Source of the DNA: Basidiobolus meristosporus CBS 931.73 | Lineage: Eukaryota; Fungi; Basidiobolomycota | DNA: 64,000 nucleotides | Direction: 5' to 3' | Assembly (NCBI GenBank): GCA_002104905.1 | Contig: MCFE01000113.1 | Location: forward strand, 102,295 to 166,294 | Shown: one piece after another, positions 57,866 to 64,000 of the stretch | Position numbering within the stretch: position 1 is the first letter of the stretch | How the letters are laid out: each line of letters begins with the position of its first letter | The notes under the pieces: generated by a model | Seen by the model: the letters and a program-made list of their open reading frames with translations, nothing else | What the model was told of the DNA's origin: nothing | The model's database searches: none | Position numbers and translations under genes: made by a program

Positions 57866-60800
57866 TGTTGTAAAAATTTGTAATTCCACCTAGATATTCA
57901 CCTAACTTAGTCACTTAGATCATTACCCTCAATTCCTAGAGAATACTGACCAAATTCCTTGTCGGGATTTACTTGGAATATTTTCACCAAAATACCTGGT
58001 ACCCAGAACATGAAAATTTGATATGTTGTCCAAACAGCCCCAAACTTTGCACACATGTTCTTGGGACCTTCCTTAACCTATTCTACGTATTTGTAATGCC
58101 AAGGCCAAGTAAAAGTATAAATACTACTTTTACATTCATTAAATCATTAAGTGAAAAACACATAATCTACTTGTGCTCCCAATCACTTCCAATATCTCCA
58201 AGACTCTTACAACAGGTTATGAGCCCCAAGCTATCACTCTCTGCATTGTCTACTACTGCTATTACTGGAATTTTTCCCTCTGCTGAAAAGTTGGATGGAT
58301 CTAACTGCCAAGTGTAGAAGGTGAAGATGAAGATGCTGCTACAAGAAAGAGGCCTTTGGGATATTGTCATGGGAGAAGAATGCTCTCCTAAAAACATGGG
58401 AGAGGAAGCCTTAAAGTACCAGAAGAAAGAACAAAGTGCCTTTAACTGCATTTGCCTAAATGTCAAGGACAAATTGCTAATTCAATGCTCAAGAGCAAAA
58501 ACAGCAAAGAATGCCTGGAAGGCATTAGAAGACACCTACCAATAATGTGCAGCTGCTAAGAAAATGTATCTGAGACAAAAATTCTTTACTACAAAGATGC
58601 TGCCAGGAGAAGAAATGAAAAATCTAATTAACAGAATTACCCTGCTGGTAGATGTGATGGAATCTGTGGGCATACCAACTACTGATGAGGATGTGATAGT
58701 TACCATCCTGAATAGCCTGACAGACAAGTTTCAGGGCCTTGTATCTGCCCTAGAGTCCAGAACTGAAGATTTGACCTTAAATTACAAATATGGAAGGCTC
58801 CTGGATGAAGAATTAAGAAAATCAAGCACCAATAAGAAGGAAGAAGAAAATGCTTTAATAAGCAATGATAACCAACAAAGGAGGTACCCAAGACCCTACA
58901 AAGGCAACAGCAACCTGTTTTGTAACTACTGCAAAAGGAGAGGACACACATCAGACTGGTGTCTCAAAAAGAAAGATAATCAGCAAAAGCAGCCTGAATA
59001 TGGAAATGCTGCAACAACTGAAGATAGACTATTCATATCTGCACTAAACATGACCACAAACAAGGATTCTCAGACATGGTATATTGACTCTGGAGCTTCT
59101 CAACACTTTACACACCAAAAAGAACTTTTTACCCAATATCAAGGAATTCCAATTAAGAAGGTTTTCATGGGTGACAATAGAACACTTGATGCAGTGGGAG
59201 AAGGAACTATCCAATAAACCTTAGAAGCAGTGAAGGAAGCCATACACTGACCTTTAAAGAAGTACTCTATGTACCAGAAATAGCCAAGAACCCACTCTCT
59301 GTAAGCAAGGCCACTGCAGAAGGACTCAGTTTCAGTTTTGACAATTCTGGGCGCAGGATCACTGATCAAAATGGTGCTCATATTGCTTTGGGCATCAGAG
59401 ATCAGAATCTATACAAGTTGACTTATATTCCATCATATCTGGAAGCTAATATAAGTAACTTAAATGAAGAAACACCAATGCTTTGGCACAGGAGATTTGG
59501 ACACATCAATTTTGATTATTTGCGTAAAACAATCAAAGATCAGCTAATTTCTGGAGTGAAAATTGATCCCCCAGCTCATTTGGAGCACTATGAAGCCTGC
59601 ATATATGGGAAACAAGCCAGACAACCGTTCAAGAGCTCTGGGTTAATCAAAACTAAGAAAAAATTAGATCTAATTCACTCAGATCTGTGTGTACCTATGC
59701 AAAATTTGTCCTTGGGCGGGATGAAGTATTTAATCACTTTTATTGATAATTATACAAGATACACATGGGTCTACTTCATGGAGAGAAAGGAAGAAGCTCT
59801 GTCTAAGCTCAGGGAGTTTAAAGCCATGGTTGACAGAGAAACTGGTGAAAAAATCAAGAAAATACACTCTGACAATGGTGGAGAATATACCTCAAAACTC
59901 TTCATCCACTTCTGCAAATTCATGGGATAAAGCAAGAGACTACTGTACCATACTCCCCACAGCAAAATGGAGTAGCAGAATGAGCTAACAGATCAATAAT
60001 TGATATGGCAAGATCTATGATCCATGATCAAAAATTATCCTATGATTTTTGGGCGGAATCAGTTGCCACTGCTGTATACCTTAAAAATAGGAGTTATAAC
60101 AGAATACTTCATGATTCTACTCCATTTGAAGCCTGGTATGGATACAAACCAAGTGCAGAACATCTAAGAATATTTGGGTGTACAGCATATGCCAAAAAAC
60201 TGGCCGGAAATCAGTCAAAATTTGAGCCAAAAAGTGTAAAATGCATATTTTTGGACTACTGCAATGAGAGTAAGGCATACAGACTCTACAATACCAAAGC
60301 AAAGAAGCTGATCAAGTCCAGGGATGTGTTGTTTGATGAAAATTCAAAATTTTCACAAAAAATGACATCAGATGATGACAAAAATTTGATTGCAAGTCCA
60401 TCAATTGTCAGGATTGAATCAGAGCAAAACAATGAAAATTTTTTCACTCCAGAGGACTCTACAACTGTGGTTCAGCCAGAATCAGTGCCCAGGAATATCC
60501 CAGAAGTGATCATTCCAGTATCAAATGCCTGGAGATCCAATTGGACAAGAAATAGCCCAAATGACTATATCAATGAGGGTACAAACTTAGCCTATGCCTA
60601 TTCAGTCATATTGATGAGCCCCAGACTGTAAAAGAGGCCTTAAATAGCCCTCAGACAAAATTTTGGAGATCTGCAATGACTGAGGAATATCAGGCCCTAA
60701 TGGAAAATCAAACTTGGGACTTAGTCAAATTACCAATCCACCAAAAATCAATTGGATGCAGATGGGTCTTCAGGACAAAATACAAGGCTGCTGGTACAAT

Positions 60801-61259
60801 TGAAAGATACAAAGCAAGACTTGTAGCCAAAGGATACTCTCAAACAAAAGGACTTGACTATACTGAGACCTTTGCACCGGTAACCAAGTTTTATTCCATC
60901 AGATTAATATTGGCTATTGCAGCCAAATATAAGCTTTTTATTCATCAAATGGATGTAAAAACTGCATTTTTGAATGGAGAACTTGATGAGGATGTGTATA
61001 TGCACCAGCCTGATGGGTTTGTTGACCAAGATAACCCCCATTTGGTCTGCAAGCTTAAAAAGTCACTATGGTCTCAAACAATCACTGAGAGCCTGGAATT
61101 GCAAGATAGATTCTTATTTGGAATCTTTGAGTTTCAAAAGAAGTAATGCTGACTAGAGAATATACTATAAGCCAGATAGAGCAAATCCAGTTCTATTAGC
61201 TCTATATGTGGATGATCTTATTATAGCTGCCAACAACCTAGAAACATTGGAAGAGACTA
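57866..61259 (+). mobile_element. Copia (5' LTR 57866-58214, PBS, gag, PR, IN, partial RT), truncated within RT
   Basis: Collinear with 14482-19163; stops at ...GGAAGAGACTA|AGGGTTAGGG; no RNase H or 3' LTR follows. Confidence 0.93.
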
Positions 61260-61488
61260 AGGGTTAGGGGGGAGACAGTCACCAACAGATGAAATCTTTA
61301 TTTCAGTTGAAACAAAGAAGCCAGCGCTACTGTTGTAGCTTTGATACAAGAGTGTGCAGCTGAGGGGAATTTGTAGGTAAGTTAATAAGAAGTGATGATA
61401 GTTCTTCAGTGCTCAAGACACTGTTCAGTGGGAAAGGGGGTAGCAAGAGAGGTAAGAATAACTTGTGAACAACATTAATGAGGGGAAT
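61260..61488 (-). mobile_element. Telomeric-tailed LINE-like element, 3' fragment 5
   Basis: AGGGTTAGGGGGGAGACAGTCACC junction; matches fragment 6 up to GAGGGGAAT. Confidence 0.88.
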
Positions 61489-61694
61489 TGTTGTGTTGTA
61501 TTATGATTAGTTTTGGGCTTGTTCTACAATGTAGAGGCTAATCAACAATATACAACAACTTCCAGTATGCTAATACTGAAATAGTCTATTAGGAGTTTGA
61601 TATACCAACAGAAGATATAACTTTCACTAATTTCTGCAATCTGAGGCTCAAAATATACTGTAGGCAGTGTTTATCACTTCTACAGCAGTGTTCT
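61489..61694. repeat. Probable stub of a different LTR (starts TGTTGTG)
   Basis: Abrupt TG start at the LINE break; AT-rich; no other copy in the window. Confidence 0.35.
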
Positions 61695-63360
61695 TGTTGT
61701 AAAAGTTTGTAATTCCACCTAAATATTCACCTAACTTAGTCACTTAGATCATCACCTTCAAATCCTAGAGAATACTGACCAAATTCCTTGTTGGGATTTA
61801 CTTAGAATATTTTCACCAAAATACAAGGTACCCAGAACATGAAAATTCTCAAAGTTGTCCAAACAGCCCCAAACTTTGCACACATGTTCTTGGGACCTTC
61901 CTTAACCTATTCTACATGCTTGTAATGCCAAGACCATGTAAAAGTATAAATACTACTTTTACATTCATTAAATCATTAAGTGAAAACCACATAATCTACT
62001 TGTTCTCCCAATCACTTCCAATATCTCCAAGACTCTTACAACAGGTTATGAGCCCCAAGCTATCACTCTCTGCATTGTCTACTACTGCTATTACTGGAAT
62101 TTTTCCCTCTGCTGAAAAGTTGGATGGATCTAACTGCCAAGTGTAGAGGGTGAAGATGAAGATACTGCTACAAGAAAGAGGCCTTTGGGATATTGTCATG
62201 GGAGAAGAATGCCCTTCTAAAAATGTGGGAGAGGAAGCCTTGAAGTACCAGAAGAAAGAACAAAGTGCCTTTAACTGCATTTGCCTTAATGTCAAGGACA
62301 AATTGCTAATTCAATGCTCAAGAGCAAAAACAGCAAAGAATGCCTGGAAGGCATTAGAAGACACCTACCAGTCATGTTCAGCTGCCAAGAAAATATATCT
62401 GAGAAGAAAATTCTTTACTACAAAGATGCTGTCAGGAGAAGAAATGAAAAATCTAATTAACAGAATTACCCTGCTGGTCGACGAGATGGAATCTGAGGGC
62501 GTACCAACTACTGATGAGGATGTGATAGCTACCATCCTGAATAGCCTGACAGACAAGTTTCAGGGCCTTGTATCAGCCCTAGAGTCCAGAACTGAAGATT
62601 TGACCTTAAATTACGTATATGGAAGGCTCCTGGATGAAGAATTAAGAAAATCAAGCGCCAATAAGAAGGAAGAAGAAAATGCTTTAATAAGCAATGATAA
62701 CCAACAAAGGAGGTACCCAAGACCCTACAAAGGCAACAGCAACCTATTTTGCAACTACTGCAATAGGAAAGGACACACATCAGACCGGTGTTTCAAAAAG
62801 AAAGATAATCAGCAAAAGAAGCCTGAATATGGAAATGCTGCAACAACTGAAGATAGACTATTCATATCTGCACTAAATATGACCACAAACAAGGATTCTC
62901 AGACGTGGTATATTGACTCTGGAGCTTCTCAACACTTTACACACCAAAAAGAACTTTTTACCCAATATCAAGAAATTCCAATTAAGAAGGTTTTCATGGG
63001 TGACGATAGAACACTTGATGCAGTGGGAGAAGGAACTATCCAAGTAAACCTAAGAAGCAGTGAAGGAAGCCACACACTGACCTTTAAAGAAGTACTCTAT
63101 GTACCAGAAATAGCCAAGAACCTACTCTCTGTAAGCAAGGCCACAGCAGAAGGACTCAGTTTCAGTTTTGACAATTCTGGGCGCAGGATCACTGATCAAA
63201 ATGGTGCTCATATTGCTTTGGGCATCAGAGATCAGAATCTATACAAGTTGACTTATATTCCATCATATCTGGAAGCTAATATAAGTAACTTAAATGAAGA
63301 AACACCAATGCTTTGGCACAGGAGATTTGGACACATCAATTTTGATTATTTGCGTAAAAT
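61695..63360 (+). mobile_element. Copia (5' LTR 61695-62043, PBS, open gag-PR ORF 62150-63360), truncated in the GAG-pre-integrase region
   Basis: CNYCNRKGHTSDRC zinc knuckle, WYIDSGAS protease, LWHRRFGH; ends ...CGTAAAAT|TTAGGGTTAGGG. Confidence 0.93.
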
Positions 63361-64000
63361 TTAGGGTTAGGGGGGAGACAGTCACCAACAGGTGAAATCT
63401 TTATTTCAGTTGAAACAAAGAAGCCAGCACTACTGTTGTAGCTTTGATACAAGAGTGTGTAGCTGAGGGAAATTAGTAGGTAAGCTAATAAGAAGTGATG
63501 ATAGTTCTTCAGTGCTCAAGACACTGTTCAGCGGGAAGGGGGGTAGCAAGAGAGGTAAGAATGACTTGTGAGCAACATTAATGAGGGGAATGTGATAAGG
63601 GTTGATATTCATCATAAAGGGAGTGTGCTGCTGCAGATATTGCTGCCAAAGGTCTGTCAAGTACTTCAGGTAGGCCAGCTTGGGTTTTTCTGACTGCATA
63701 ATATAGTGAGCAAACTTCTTGACTTCAGGATCTCCAAGTATAGTTCTCCAGCAGGAGCCAGGTGTTGTGTGGTGTGTTTTCTTCCTGGCCTTAATCAGTG
63801 GGTTGTTGCAGTTGTGAAGTCTGAGGTATAATCTGGTTCTAAGGTAGAGAAGTCTGATCTTATAGGGCATAAACCCAAAAGCACCAAGAATAGCATGTCT
63901 GTAGGGGCATTCAGGCAAATGAGGCACCAAGGAGGTAATGCACCATACTGCAAACTTGTCAAGCTTAGTGCAGTCTCTAGAAGTAAGAGAGAGAGGTGGT
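63361..64000 (-). mobile_element. Telomeric-tailed LINE-like element, 3' fragment 6 (runs off the window); open RT C-terminal region
   Basis: Open frame from 63999 to the stop at 63430: LTSRDCTKLDKFAVWCITSLVPHLPECPYRHAILGAFGFMPYKIRLLYLRTRLYLRLH (non-LTR post-RT thumb pattern). ~55-nt 3' UTR with AATAAA; tail CCCCCTAACCCTAA. Confidence 0.88.

Noticed and set aside
63361-64000. Assignment of the telomeric element to Penelope/Coprina or to CRE-type MoTeR/Cnl1
   Set aside because: The visible C-terminus looks like a non-LTR thumb region and ends with no GIY-YIG or REL/CCHC motif. The RT core is outside the window, so the clade is left open.

Overview
Eukaryotic (fungal) genomic DNA with three zones. 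(1) 1-19.3 kb: a CpG-depleted nest of decayed transposons. It holds two inverted copies of a CACTA/En-Spm-type DNA transposon inserted in a Copia RT relic, a 733-bp foldback MITE, a chromoviral Ty3/Gypsy relic, and a full-length Ty1/Copia (LTRs, PBS, PPT, GATTA TSD) sitting in the Gypsy chromodomain. (2) 21-46.8 kb: a gene-dense island with short GT-AG introns. It encodes a GH46 chitosanase, two PX-PB1 paralogues, a Cys-rich membrane protein, a sulfurtransferase, a Nudix hydrolase, a peroxiredoxin, RPP2, an EEP/TDP2-like protein, NOP16, a SNAPC5-like protein, an SRR1-like protein, USB1, an LrgB-like pseudogene, CWC27 and two alpha-arrestins. (3) 47-64 kb: an AT-rich zone with a U6 relic and three bacterial-type secreted genes (NlpC/P60-like relic, GH24 lysozyme relic, intact Streptomyces-subtilisin-inhibitor-like gene), followed by a polarised stack of TE fragments. 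The strongest novelty is in that stack. A LINE-like retroelement ends in a telomeric (CCCTAA)1-2 tail rather than poly(A) and is joined six times to right-truncated sequences through TTAGGG junctions. A second element shares only its 3' UTR and carries four covarying hairpins. The gene content suggests an early-diverging (non-Dikarya) fungus; this is an inference. All calls are by-eye motif recognition with no database search. Exon boundaries and TE edges are approximate unless stated.
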